Below, in pieces: positions 43,805 to 52,842 of a stretch of 64,000 nucleotides of DNA. Under the pieces are notes generated by a model. It had not been told where the DNA came from. It saw only the letters and a program-made list of their open reading frames with translations, and did no database searches. Every line of letters begins with the position of its first letter. The first letter of the stretch is position 1. The position numbers were made by a program, and so were the translations under genes. The stretch is taken from IMG/VR virus record IMGVR_UViG_3300031555_006030; one strand, given 5' to 3'. This DNA is from a virus.

Positions 43805-46474
43805 ATGGCACATAGTAGATATGAATATTTGTCTAATCCAGTTATGCTAGATTATATCTCTAAACTTTAGCACCGAACTTAGTGGACTAGATTAATTATT
43901 TTAAATCGACAAGATTTGCCCCTTAAGGCAATCGAAGGGCGCGCCACTGGAGGTTCTATTACAATAAATAGTGCCTCCGCCGTAAGGCGCACAGGTTCTA
44001 TTACTCTTGTTACCGACTATGATAAAAGTACTAGAGCTGATACTGATGATCTTGATATTATGAATGAGGTCACAAATATAAAAACGCTTATCTCAATGAA
44101 TAAACGAGTTTAGGTTGAAATTGGTATAAAAAACACTGGAGGTCAGTATCCTGACTTTGATATTTTCTGGATACCCTTGGGTACTTTTGTCATTTCAAAT
44201 GCCTCGGTTTCTTATAATAATCAAGGTATCACAATAAGCTTGAAACTAAATGATAAAATGGCTCTTTTGAATGGAGAAGAAGGAGGCACTTTTTCTATTG
44301 AAATGACTCATTCTCCATTAGAAGATGGTCCAGTAAAATATAAAGACTTAATAAAGTCTCTAGTTTGTATCATGGGTGAGTTACCAGAATGGCAGGTAGT
44401 TATTGAAGATATTCCAGATACTACTGAATAGATTTTGACTTGGAATCCAACTATAGAGGTAAAAGGATTTGGACATAATGATGAATATGGAATAATTAAT
44501 GTTGATAAAAGTGGAGAGCCCCCTAATGTAGATATTATAGAAGGTTCGACAGAAATTGTAATAGACTCAGATAGAACAGACTTGCCTTATGGTTTAGAAA
44601 ATTATCTAAAAACAAAACTTCCTACTGATATATGGGTAATTTTTTTTAATAGCGGAACTGAATAGTGGGAGAACTTTAAAGCTTCTAACTATGAATATAA
44701 ACCTGTTACTTTTAATGATGGAATAATAAAACAATGTTATACTTTTCTAATAGACAAAGGCTGGCAACCAGAGAGGCGTTTTGTAAATAAAGTATGGTTT
44801 AGAGGGCTTGTTGACGAACCTATTACTGGGTTACCTTCATTGTATTTAAATACTAAAAACTCTGAAAATATTGAAGGAAATATACAAGTTGGGTTTTTAT
44901 CAACTGATAATGAGATAAGATAGAGTTACGATACTGTTTTTTGGCCCGGAGCTGTTGTAGGATATACGACTACTGATTTTACATATCCAACAGGTAGCGA
45001 ATTAACTTCATAGGTAGGAGAATCAATCTAGTCTGTTTTAGAGAAAATTAAAAATTCTCTAGGTAACTATGAATATTTCTTTGATGTGGATGGAGTATTT
45101 CATTTTCAAGAAATCAAAAACTACTTAAACGAAGGAAATACTTCAGATAATTGGGAAACAGCTTTAGTAGATAAGTATTTTCTAAAAACGAGAAAAAACA
45201 AAGCTGTATACTCATTTAAAAATAGTGAATTGATAACTTCATATTCTAATGATCCTTAGTATACCAATATTAAAAATGACTATGCTGTTTGGGGAGAGAC
45301 TAATGATTAGTAGTCTTCAATATATTATCATTTAAGACTTATGAAGGATTTAGACTAGGGCAAAAAAGAGTGGGGCGTATTTTATAAAGATAATTATTAT
45401 AGTCTTAGAGGATAGTTAGAAGAGATTGCACTTGTATCTAACGACCCAGACTTACAAGAGGGAACAACAGGGAGTGGCTCTACCAACAATGTGATATTTG
45501 GAACATGGCTATTAAATGATCAAATATCTTTTAAAGATACTTCTTTTTCCTCTAAAAATAATATATCAGCTATTGGAAAAACGGGATTAACATTATAGGT
45601 TAATAATGAAGAAAGTAAATTGTCTTTTTAGTCCGAAGATAATTCTACTGAAACTATTTATGAAAATGGCTCATGGAGTTTAAACTCAGGAAGAATATTG
45701 ACTTTTGTAGGAACAGTGGAACAGGATAGTGACTTTTACAACTGGCTTAGACAAAATGCAGTTCCTTGTTAGAAATATACTTTTTCTGACTGGCGCATTA
45801 ATTCTTTTTTAGAAGCTAAATTAAAACAGTAGAATAAGCAAACTTTAAAACCTCTTGAGTATGAACTTTTGAATTTTTTACCTTCTTCCTTTAGAATTGC
45901 AAATATAACAGGAAAAAAATGGGAGTTCGTAACAAAACCTTTTATAACCTACTTTATAGATGCTATTGATGTTAATAGTCCTAATCTTCCACCTGAGATT
46001 GATATAAAAAACTTTTCAATAGAAGATATTGGATAGCGTACAAAAACAATCTAGGATAAAGATATTGATTGTATTTTTGTAGATAATTATCCGCAATATC
46101 TATATTATCAAGAAGTAGCTCCTTTAACAAAAAAAACCCCAGTAGACTATTCAAATTTTGAAGTAGCTAATACAGTAAATGCTAACGAATAGCTATTGGG
46201 TGCAGACTTTTTTGAAAAATCTGTTACTACATCATTAGCTCAAAATCCTGCATATGACGCTTTGCGCATAAGTATCCATGAACATTTAAGTTATAATAAT
46301 AATATTAATATATAGACAATGCCTGTTTATCATCTTGATGTAAACTAGCGCATCGAAGTTGAAAATGATGAGGCTGATATTCATGGTGACTATATTATTA
46401 AGAGCATTACCATTCCACTTGGTTTGGATGGCATGATGAATATTTAGGCGCAAAAGGCAGTAGAGCGAATTTAA
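43805..46474 (+). CDS. hypothetical large tail/baseplate protein (889 aa; about 25 TAG codons)
   Basis: ORFs 43916, 44177 and 44435 are in frame. I walked every codon from 44666 to 46474 and found only TAG internal stops; ends in TAA. Confidence 0.5.
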
Positions 46475-46480
46475 TATAAA

Positions 46481-46592
46481 AATAAAGGAACTCAATTTGA
46501 GTTCCTTTTTTATTGAAAGAATTAGTTTAATTGAATTTTAATTGAATAGGGTTAAAATGATTTCCTCATCACATTGATGAGGATTTTTTTAT
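46481..46592 (+). terminator. two tandem rho-independent terminators
   Basis: ggaactcaatttgagttcc plus a T-run, and cctcatcacattgatgagg plus a T-run. Confidence 0.5.
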
Positions 46593-46688
46593 TCACCTGC
46601 TAAATTTTAAAATTTATATCAAAATTAAATAAAAGCATTAGTTAAATTTTAATATAAATTTGAACAAGAGTGAAAGGAGTTCAAAAGT

Positions 46689-47159
46689 ATGTATAATAAT
46701 CTATCTCAGGCACCTGCATATTATTATGTGCCACAACAATTTTAGAGAGGCGCGGCGGCCGCTCAAGGATCTTTAGACCAGACCCCTACTCAAACGGCAA
46801 TGACCGGCGCCCCATATCCAATGCCTTCTCTATTGCCAGCGCAACAAAATTTTATTAAAGGTCGTCCAGTAGTTTCGATCGACGAAGCAAGAGCTAGTCA
46901 GATTGATTTAGATGGTTCACTTTATGTTTTCCCTGATCTAGGAAATAAGAAAATTTACACCAAATAGATCAATATGGATGGAACTGCAACCTTTAATGTG
47001 TTTGAGTTAACTGCGCCTGCGAAAGAGGCGCCAGCCCCGGTTTATGTTACCAAAGACGAGCTTGACGAAATTTTAACTAACTTTAAAGCATCCTTAGTCT
47101 AGGCAAAACCGAAAGAAGCTGCACCGGCGCCCAAACCAACACAAAATTTTAATCTATAA
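46689..47159 (+). CDS. hypothetical protein
   Basis: Stitched through three TAG codons; ends in TAA. Confidence 0.35.
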
Positions 47160-47170
47160 GGAGGTATAAC

Positions 47171-47419
47171 ATGTCTTACAATGTAGACCCCGCATATTTA
47201 ATTATGCAAATGCGTCAAGGTAAAAACCCTGAGCAACTTATGATTGACATTCTCGAAGGAGAAGCGTCCTAGAACCCAATTATGGGAAACCTATTGACAA
47301 TGGCAAAAGATAATCGTACTGCAGATATTGAAAGATTTGCGCGTAATCTTGCTAAGGAATAGGGTATTGATTTTGATAAGGAATTCAGTAGATTCAAAAA
47401 GCAGTATTTTGGACTCTGA
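47171..47419 (+). CDS. hypothetical small protein
   Basis: Two TAG codons; ends in TGA, which I checked. Confidence 0.35.
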
Positions 47420-47455
47420 TTTCTAAATATATTTTATTAAAGGAGGACATTAATT

Positions 47456-48319
47456 ATGTTCAATTCAACAACTGGATACTCTTTATCCGACATCGCTGCT
47501 GTAACAGGTAGCAATAGAGGAAATGGTGGTTTCGGTGATGGCTTCGGCGAAAACGGATGGTGGATCATCCTTTTATTCCTCTTCACTGGATGGGGAAGAA
47601 ATGGCTGGGGTGGAAACGGTGGATCTAATGATGGAAACGGATACATGATCAACCCTTATTTCTGCGGCTCAGCTCCATGTGCAACTAAAGATGATGTTCG
47701 TGCAGCCATTGATCAGCAAACTCTCGTTTCTAAACTCGATAACCAGACCTATGGTTTGGCCGACAGTACCTATGCATTAAGCAATGCAATTACAAGTGGT
47801 TTCCATGGAGTAGACAACGCTATCTGTACTCTTGGTTACCAAAATCAGGCTGGTTTCACTGCTCTTGGTAATCAGTTAGCTAATTGTTGCTGCGATACTC
47901 GCGCCGCAATCGCTGACGTGAAAACTCAAGGTGTGATGAATACCAACGTACTCTCAAGCCAGCTCGCCGCTTGTTGCTGCGACCTTGAGAAATCTTCTAT
48001 GGAAGATCGTTTTGCCGCTCAAACCTATAACTGCAATACGCTTCAAGCTATTGACAAACTTGGCGACAGAATCATTGACTTTATGACTCAAGACAAGATC
48101 GCTTCTCTTACTGCAGAGAATCAGTCTCTTAAGTTCGCCGCTTCTCAGGCTGCTCAAAATGCGTTTATTACTGCAAACCAAGATGCGCAGACTGCAGAGC
48201 TTATTCGTAGACTTTCTACTCCTTGTCCCGTTCCAGCATATGTGGTTCCCAACCCTAACTGCTGCTACGACTATCAAGTAACTAGAAACTACGGTTGCGG
48301 AAGCTGCTCTAGCTTCTAA
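47456..48319 (+). CDS. Gly-rich membrane protein with a YjcZ-like N-terminus and a Cys-rich (CCCD) C-terminal domain
   Basis: The N-terminus reads GNGGFGDGFGENGWWIILLFLFTGWGRNGWGGNGG, followed by CCCD repeated twice and CCYDY...GCGSCSSF. No TAG. Confidence 0.5.
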   Translation: MFNSTTGYSLSDIAAVTGSNRGNGGFGDGFGENGWWIILLFLFTGWGRNGWGGNGGSNDGNGYMINPYFCGSAPCATKDDVRAAIDQQTLVSKLDNQTYGLADSTYALSNAITSGFHGVDNAICTLGYQNQAGFTALGNQLANCCCDTRAAIADVKTQGVMNTNVLSSQLAACCCDLEKSSMEDRFAAQTYNCNTLQAIDKLGDRIIDFMTQDKIASLTAENQSLKFAASQAAQNAFITANQDAQTAELIRRLSTPCPVPAYVVPNPNCCYDYQVTRNYGCGSCSSF

Positions 48320-48345
48320 TTAATTAAATGGAGGCTTAGATAAGA

Positions 48346-48765
48346 ATGGAATTAACAGCTAATGCTCTACAAACAGTAGAGGTAAATCAGAATGTTTTAT
48401 TTACTGATACTCCCGTATGTGGTAGCTGTAGCATACTCCATCGTGATGGCAGTGGTCAAGTGACTCTTCGTGGAATCACTAGCCAATGTCGCGCAAGATT
48501 TAAGGCTTTCTTCAGCGGGAATATTGCTATTCCCGCTGATGGAACTGTTGAGGCAATCTCACTTGCGCTTGCGATCAATGGAGAAGCTATTGCATCTACA
48601 ACAATGATTCAAACTCCTGCAGCAGTTGAAGAGTTTGCTAATGTGGCTAGCGCAGTGTACATTGATGTTCCTGCAAATTGTTGTGTAACAGTCAGTGTAA
48701 GAAACACAAGTGCTCAAGCTATTGATATTCAAAATGCAAATTTAATTATCGAAAGGGTGGCATAA
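48346..48765 (+). CDS. BclA C-terminal-domain-like (C1q/TNF-fold) protein
   Basis: The C-terminus ...PANCCVTVSVRNTS...NANLIIERVA resembles the ...SIIIEKVA ending of BclA. No TAG. Confidence 0.45.
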   Translation: MELTANALQTVEVNQNVLFTDTPVCGSCSILHRDGSGQVTLRGITSQCRARFKAFFSGNIAIPADGTVEAISLALAINGEAIASTTMIQTPAAVEEFANVASAVYIDVPANCCVTVSVRNTSAQAIDIQNANLIIERVA

Positions 48766-48784
48766 TATGGAAAAATTAAAGTAG

Positions 48785-49483
48785 ATGAAAGAGGCGCTTG
48801 TGGGTTGCGTTCAAGGCCAGATCTATGGTAACATGGAAAAGGTTGATGCGCAAGAATTGGGCGCCGCAGTGGATATGATTAAAGATCTTTCAGAAGCCAT
48901 TTACTATTGCACAATTACAGAAGCAATGGAAGAAGAGGGCGAAGGAAAAGAAGAAAAAGGCAAGCACGGAATGATGTATTATCCTCGCACTACTCCAATG
49001 TATCATATGCCTTACCCTATTGAAATGTATGATCCTCGTTATAGAGAGAGATATAACTCTGGCTCTATGTACGCGCAAAATTCTGGCGGAAATAGCGGCA
49101 GTGGCTCTTCTAATGGTGGTAACAATGGATCTAACTCTAATAGCGGCAATATGCGCGGATATCATGAAGGTATGATGCCGATGGAAGAACCATGGCGTCC
49201 TATGTATAATGATGGTTCTATGTATGCAATGTATGAACGCGGTGGAAATCGCAATTACATGGAAGGAATGATGCGCGATCCTAGAGAAGGAAGAAGCGGT
49301 GAACGCCGCAAGATGTATATGGAAGGTAAAGGAATGAAGGATAAAACTCATCAAATGAAAGAGCTTGAAACTTACATGACCGAGCTTTCTCAAGACTTAA
49401 CCGAAATGATTCAGGATGCTTCTCCTGAAGAAAAACAATTATTACAACAAAAGATTAGCACTCTCGCAACAAAAATTAAATAA
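48785..49483 (+). CDS. low-complexity Met/Tyr/Gly-rich protein (spore-coat-like composition)
   Basis: It contains MMYYPRTTPMYHMPYPIEMYDPRYRERY and MYAMYERGGNRNYMEGMM. No TAG. Confidence 0.45.
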   Translation: MKEALVGCVQGQIYGNMEKVDAQELGAAVDMIKDLSEAIYYCTITEAMEEEGEGKEEKGKHGMMYYPRTTPMYHMPYPIEMYDPRYRERYNSGSMYAQNSGGNSGSGSSNGGNNGSNSNSGNMRGYHEGMMPMEEPWRPMYNDGSMYAMYERGGNRNYMEGMMRDPREGRSGERRKMYMEGKGMKDKTHQMKELETYMTELSQDLTEMIQDASPEEKQLLQQKISTLATKIK

Positions 49484-49485
49484 TC

Positions 49486-49806
49486 ATGTTCACAATAAAC
49501 GGAGAACAATGGTGGATAGTCTTAGTAATGCCATACGACGTTGCACTTTTAATGCCGAACGGTGACTTTGCTATTGGGGCGTGTAATGACTCTACTAAGA
49601 CTATTTATATCAGCAATGAACTTCATGGTGAGGCATTTGAAAAAGTATTGTGTCATGAGCTAGTCCATGCCGCTATGTTTGCATATGATGTTAGGTTAGA
49701 GCACGATGAAGAGGAGTTGTTAGCGGAAATAATCGCTACTTTTGGCGAGGAAATAATAGATTTGACTGATATAATGTTCGAGAGAATAAGAAGAGGAAGA
49801 TATTAA
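49486..49806 (+). CDS. ImmA/IrrE-like (DUF955) HExxH metallopeptidase-domain protein
   Basis: TIYISNELHGEAFEKVLCHELVHAAM matches the family pattern. No TAG. Confidence 0.45.
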   Translation: MFTINGEQWWIVLVMPYDVALLMPNGDFAIGACNDSTKTIYISNELHGEAFEKVLCHELVHAAMFAYDVRLEHDEEELLAEIIATFGEEIIDLTDIMFERIRRGRY

Positions 49807-49825
49807 AATCTTCCTCTTTTATTTT
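49785..49825. terminator. bidirectional hairpin terminator closing the late module
   Basis: aagaggaagat/atcttcctctt is followed by TTTATTTTT. Confidence 0.5.
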
Positions 49826-50334
49826 TACCATTCTAAAGCAGCACTATAATCTTTTTCTTTTTTTGGATGTAAATATGCATAACCAATACAGATAGCATCT
49901 GCTATATCATCATTAACTAAGGATAATCCATATGTTTGATTTGCAAAAGCTATGTCTTTTTGCTTTTTCTATTCTCTTTTTGACCCGCGCCCGTCTTCTA
50001 TTCCACATACTGAGCGCCAAGAGCTAGGATAAACTAATTCGATCTATACTTCAGGATGCTTATCATGCATTTCAATATGAATTAGCGCCTATAGATACAT
50101 TAAGGCTTTAAAGGTATTTGTATTTTTACTATGATCTGGAATAACTTCTTCCATCACAATCTTTTCAATGCCCAACTATTCTACTATTGCAAGAATATTA
50201 TCAACCATTTTATGTATTCTTTTATATAAATCATTTGAAGATGCTGTAATACAGCTCTATCCCATTAACTCTTTATCTTTAAAAATTGCTACTCCCGTGC
50301 TTTTTGTAGAGCAGTCTAGTGCAAGTAAATACAA
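49825..50334 (-). CDS. RuvC-like Holliday junction resolvase (contains five in-frame TAG codons)
   Basis: Manual minus-strand translation gives YLLALDCSTKSTGVAIF...DIADAICIGYAYL. It has a TTG start after GGAGGTG. The ORF track misses it because of the TAGs. Confidence 0.55.
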
Positions 50335-50360
50335 AATATATGCACCTCCATTCTAATCAT

Positions 50361-50389
50361 ATTATACTTGAAATTTTTTATAAAGTCAA
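50361..50389 (-). promoter_or_regulatory. consensus sigma-70 promoter for the RuvC-like gene
   Basis: The reverse complement reads TTGACTttataaaaaatttcaagTATAAT; a terminator hairpin at 50391-50418 lies just upstream. Confidence 0.55.
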
Positions 50390-50401
50390 AAAGAAGTAGC
50401 A

Positions 50402-50632
50402 TTATTCTGCTACTTCTTCGTTTTTATTCTTTTCATTCTCAACTGCTGTGTTATATTCAGTTTCAGCTTTCTTTAATTCTTGTTCTACAAGATTTGTAAG
50501 ATCTGCGCCGAGAGTATCAAAAATTGCCTTCATTTCGTATAGCGGAACACCTTGTTGAACAAAATAATTTACAGTATTGATTAAAGCATTTTGAGCTTCA
50601 TTGTGTAATAAGATTGCAGGTTTCTATGCCAT
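50402..50632 (-). CDS. hypothetical 76-aa protein with TAG as codon 3
   Basis: The sequence reads ATG GCA TAG AAA..., with an SD GGAGAAAGAAA; ends in TAA. Confidence 0.35.
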
Positions 50633-50649
50633 TTTCTTTCTCCTTGTGT

Positions 50650-51150
50650 TTAATTAGAGCCGGTTGATCCAAAACCACCTTCTCCACGAGCGGTAGTTCC
50701 AATATTATCTACTTCATCAAATACCACAGAGATATAAGGTTGAACAACAAGTTGAGCAATACGCTCACCATGTTCAATATATTGTAGTTCATTACTTTCG
50801 TTTTTTAGAGCCACGATAATTGGACCTCGATAATCTGCATCAATAACTCCGACTTTATTCGCGGGTGCAAGTCCTCTTTTTGTTGCCATACCAGAGCGTG
50901 CATAGATTGCGCCAAACGTGCCTTGAGGAAGCGCAATAGCAATGCCTGTAGAAATCTTGCGTACTTCGCCAGGAAGAATTGTAGCTCGATCTAAACTACC
51001 AAGATCAGCATGAAGATCATAACCCGCTGCCCACTTGCTACCTTGGGTGGGCGCATGTGCAGAAGGGGAAAGTTTTACATAATCAATATGAGTATTCCAA
51101 TTACCATTTTCATCACACGATTTTACAGTTACCATATCAAAATGCTCCAA
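50650..51150 (-). CDS. dut: dUTP diphosphatase
   Basis: Motifs AAGYDL, ARSG, GVIDADYRG and RGEGGFGSTG are present. Confidence 0.8.
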   Translation of the reverse strand: MEHFDMVTVKSCDENGNWNTHIDYVKLSPSAHAPTQGSKWAAGYDLHADLGSLDRATILPGEVRKISTGIAIALPQGTFGAIYARSGMATKRGLAPANKVGVIDADYRGPIIVALKNESNELQYIEHGERIAQLVVQPYISVVFDEVDNIGTTARGEGGFGSTGSN

Positions 51151-51388
51151 TCTTATATTCTACGCTTGCTTCTCCACAAGGCTCTTTAGCATCATCAAAT
51201 ACTTTAACTAAAGTTACAATAAAATATTCATCAATGATTTCGCCTTTTGCTTTACGCTCTTTTTTTACAGAAGAGTACTTAGAAAGTACATAACGCCCAT
51301 CTGCTTTGGCTGCACTGATAAGCTCTGTTGCTTCGGCTTCAGTGTCTGCGCGATGTTCTTCTGTTGTTTTCAATAAATATTTAGCCAT
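51137..51388 (-). CDS. hypothetical protein
   Basis: 83-aa ORF. Confidence 0.4.
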   Translation of the reverse strand: MAKYLLKTTEEHRADTEAEATELISAAKADGRYVLSKYSSVKKERKAKGEIIDEYFIVTLVKVFDDAKEPCGEASVEYKIGAF

Positions 51389-51409
51389 ATCCTTTTATCT
51401 CCTTTAGTA

Positions 51410-51676
51410 TTAGACATAATTAATTCTTATGTCATTAACTCCAAAATCCAGCATTGATTTCTCTTGAAACTCATGCACAAGCCCTTCTGCATAGCTATGG
51501 GTACCTGAAAAATCAAGACGATTAATAGTATATTTGTTAACTAGGGCTGTAAGAGTATCGCTTAAGTTTTCAGGCTCAACCCCCATTTGATCTATAAGGG
51601 CGCCATCTTTAAATACATAAAGTTTTTGAAAACGCTCGGTTGGCGAGGTCCAAATTACAATTCTATCGTATGTCAT
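51410..51676 (-). CDS. hypothetical protein
   Basis: 88-aa ORF. Confidence 0.4.
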   Translation of the reverse strand: MTYDRIVIWTSPTERFQKLYVFKDGALIDQMGVEPENLSDTLTALVNKYTINRLDFSGTHSYAEGLVHEFQEKSMLDFGVNDIRINYV

Positions 51677-51687
51677 ATTATATCTCC

Positions 51688-52116
51688 TTAATATTCAAGA
51701 ACGGCATTGCCATACGGAAATAAATAGTATGCAAAGCATCCTTCTTCATTACGAATCCATATTTCCCAAGAATTAGCATCTTGTTCATCAATAATTAATA
51801 AACTACCTCTATTTGTCATACAGTCAATAATATCTTCCACTGCCTGATAAATTGTCTGTGGTTTGGCTATTGCCCAAGAGCTAGTTTTGTCAAGATTAAA
51901 CAAAGTATAATCACGCAATTCGTGACATAGAAGCATTAAATACTTTTGATTAAAAATATTTGTAATCCATGTGCGTAAATGCTCTTTCGCTAATTGAAGC
52001 TCTGTAGCAGTTATTTCTGGTTCATTTTCCATTAATTGCTTATTAACTTCGTATAAACTACCAAAAGAAACCTCTGAAGTTCTCTGTGGAATTTTATCTG
52101 TATAATTGGCCTTCAT
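51688..52116 (-). CDS. hypothetical protein
   Basis: 142-aa ORF. Confidence 0.4.
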   Translation of the reverse strand: MKANYTDKIPQRTSEVSFGSLYEVNKQLMENEPEITATELQLAKEHLRTWITNIFNQKYLMLLCHELRDYTLFNLDKTSSWAIAKPQTIYQAVEDIIDCMTNRGSLLIIDEQDANSWEIWIRNEEGCFAYYLFPYGNAVLEY

Positions 52117-52171
52117 TTATTTTCTCCTTAAATTACTTATATTATAATTATAATTTAATTTTTTATATTTG

Positions 52172-52363
52172 TCAATCTTCTTTAATATATAAACCACAAT
52201 TACAGATTGCGCCAATGGGCGCCTCACGAAACTCTTTACACATGCATTTAGTGTCTGCACAGCGATAAATTTCAAGCACACAAGGACAATGACCTTGCGC
52301 CTCTTTTATTGCTGCACGAATAACGCTAGCAAATTCTGGATCTGCATATTGTTTTATTTTCAT
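52172..52363 (-). CDS. small Cys-rich (zinc-binding?) protein
   Basis: It contains CPCV...CADTKCMCKEF...CNCG. Confidence 0.35.
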   Translation of the reverse strand: MKIKQYADPEFASVIRAAIKEAQGHCPCVLEIYRCADTKCMCKEFREAPIGAICNCGLYIKED

Positions 52364-52842
52364 TAACTAATCCTTTCTGCATATTGATTTGGACTTGCGA
52401 GTTTTACTCCTAGCACTTCATCAAAATGAGATTCACAATTAGGAATATAGCGTCCAAATTTAACTACTATATTGGGAAACTGTTTTAATTGAGTTAATTC
52501 ATTTTCAATCTCATTTTTATTATAACCCGTGTAAATAACAATATCATCATCTATAGAATAACAATTACGAAATTGAAAAACAAAGTTGCGCAGATCTTCA
52601 ATAGAATCAAAAGGCTCTAGACCTTGGAATACCACCGCGCGCGTAATCGGATTTTTTCTATAGGTTTTAATAATACTTTCTATTGAGTAATTTAATAGTG
52701 GGGCATTAGCTAGTGGCCCATTTTGGCACACTGGCTTACCACATTCTTTATCGCATTTGAAACTGCAATAAGGTGATTCTATTGTCATACATGGCACTTT
52801 ATAATTAACAAAATCTTCAAATATAATGCCTCGTGTAATCAT
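52363..52842 (-). CDS. nrdG: anaerobic ribonucleotide reductase activating protein-like protein
   Basis: A Cys cluster plus an AVVFQGLEP segment resembling the GGEP motif; the start overlaps the nrdD stop (ATGA). Confidence 0.5.
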   Translation of the reverse strand: MITRGIIFEDFVNYKVPCMTIESPYCSFKCDKECGKPVCQNGPLANAPLLNYSIESIIKTYRKNPITRAVVFQGLEPFDSIEDLRNFVFQFRNCYSIDDDIVIYTGYNKNEIENELTQLKQFPNIVVKFGRYIPNCESHFDEVLGVKLASPNQYAERIS

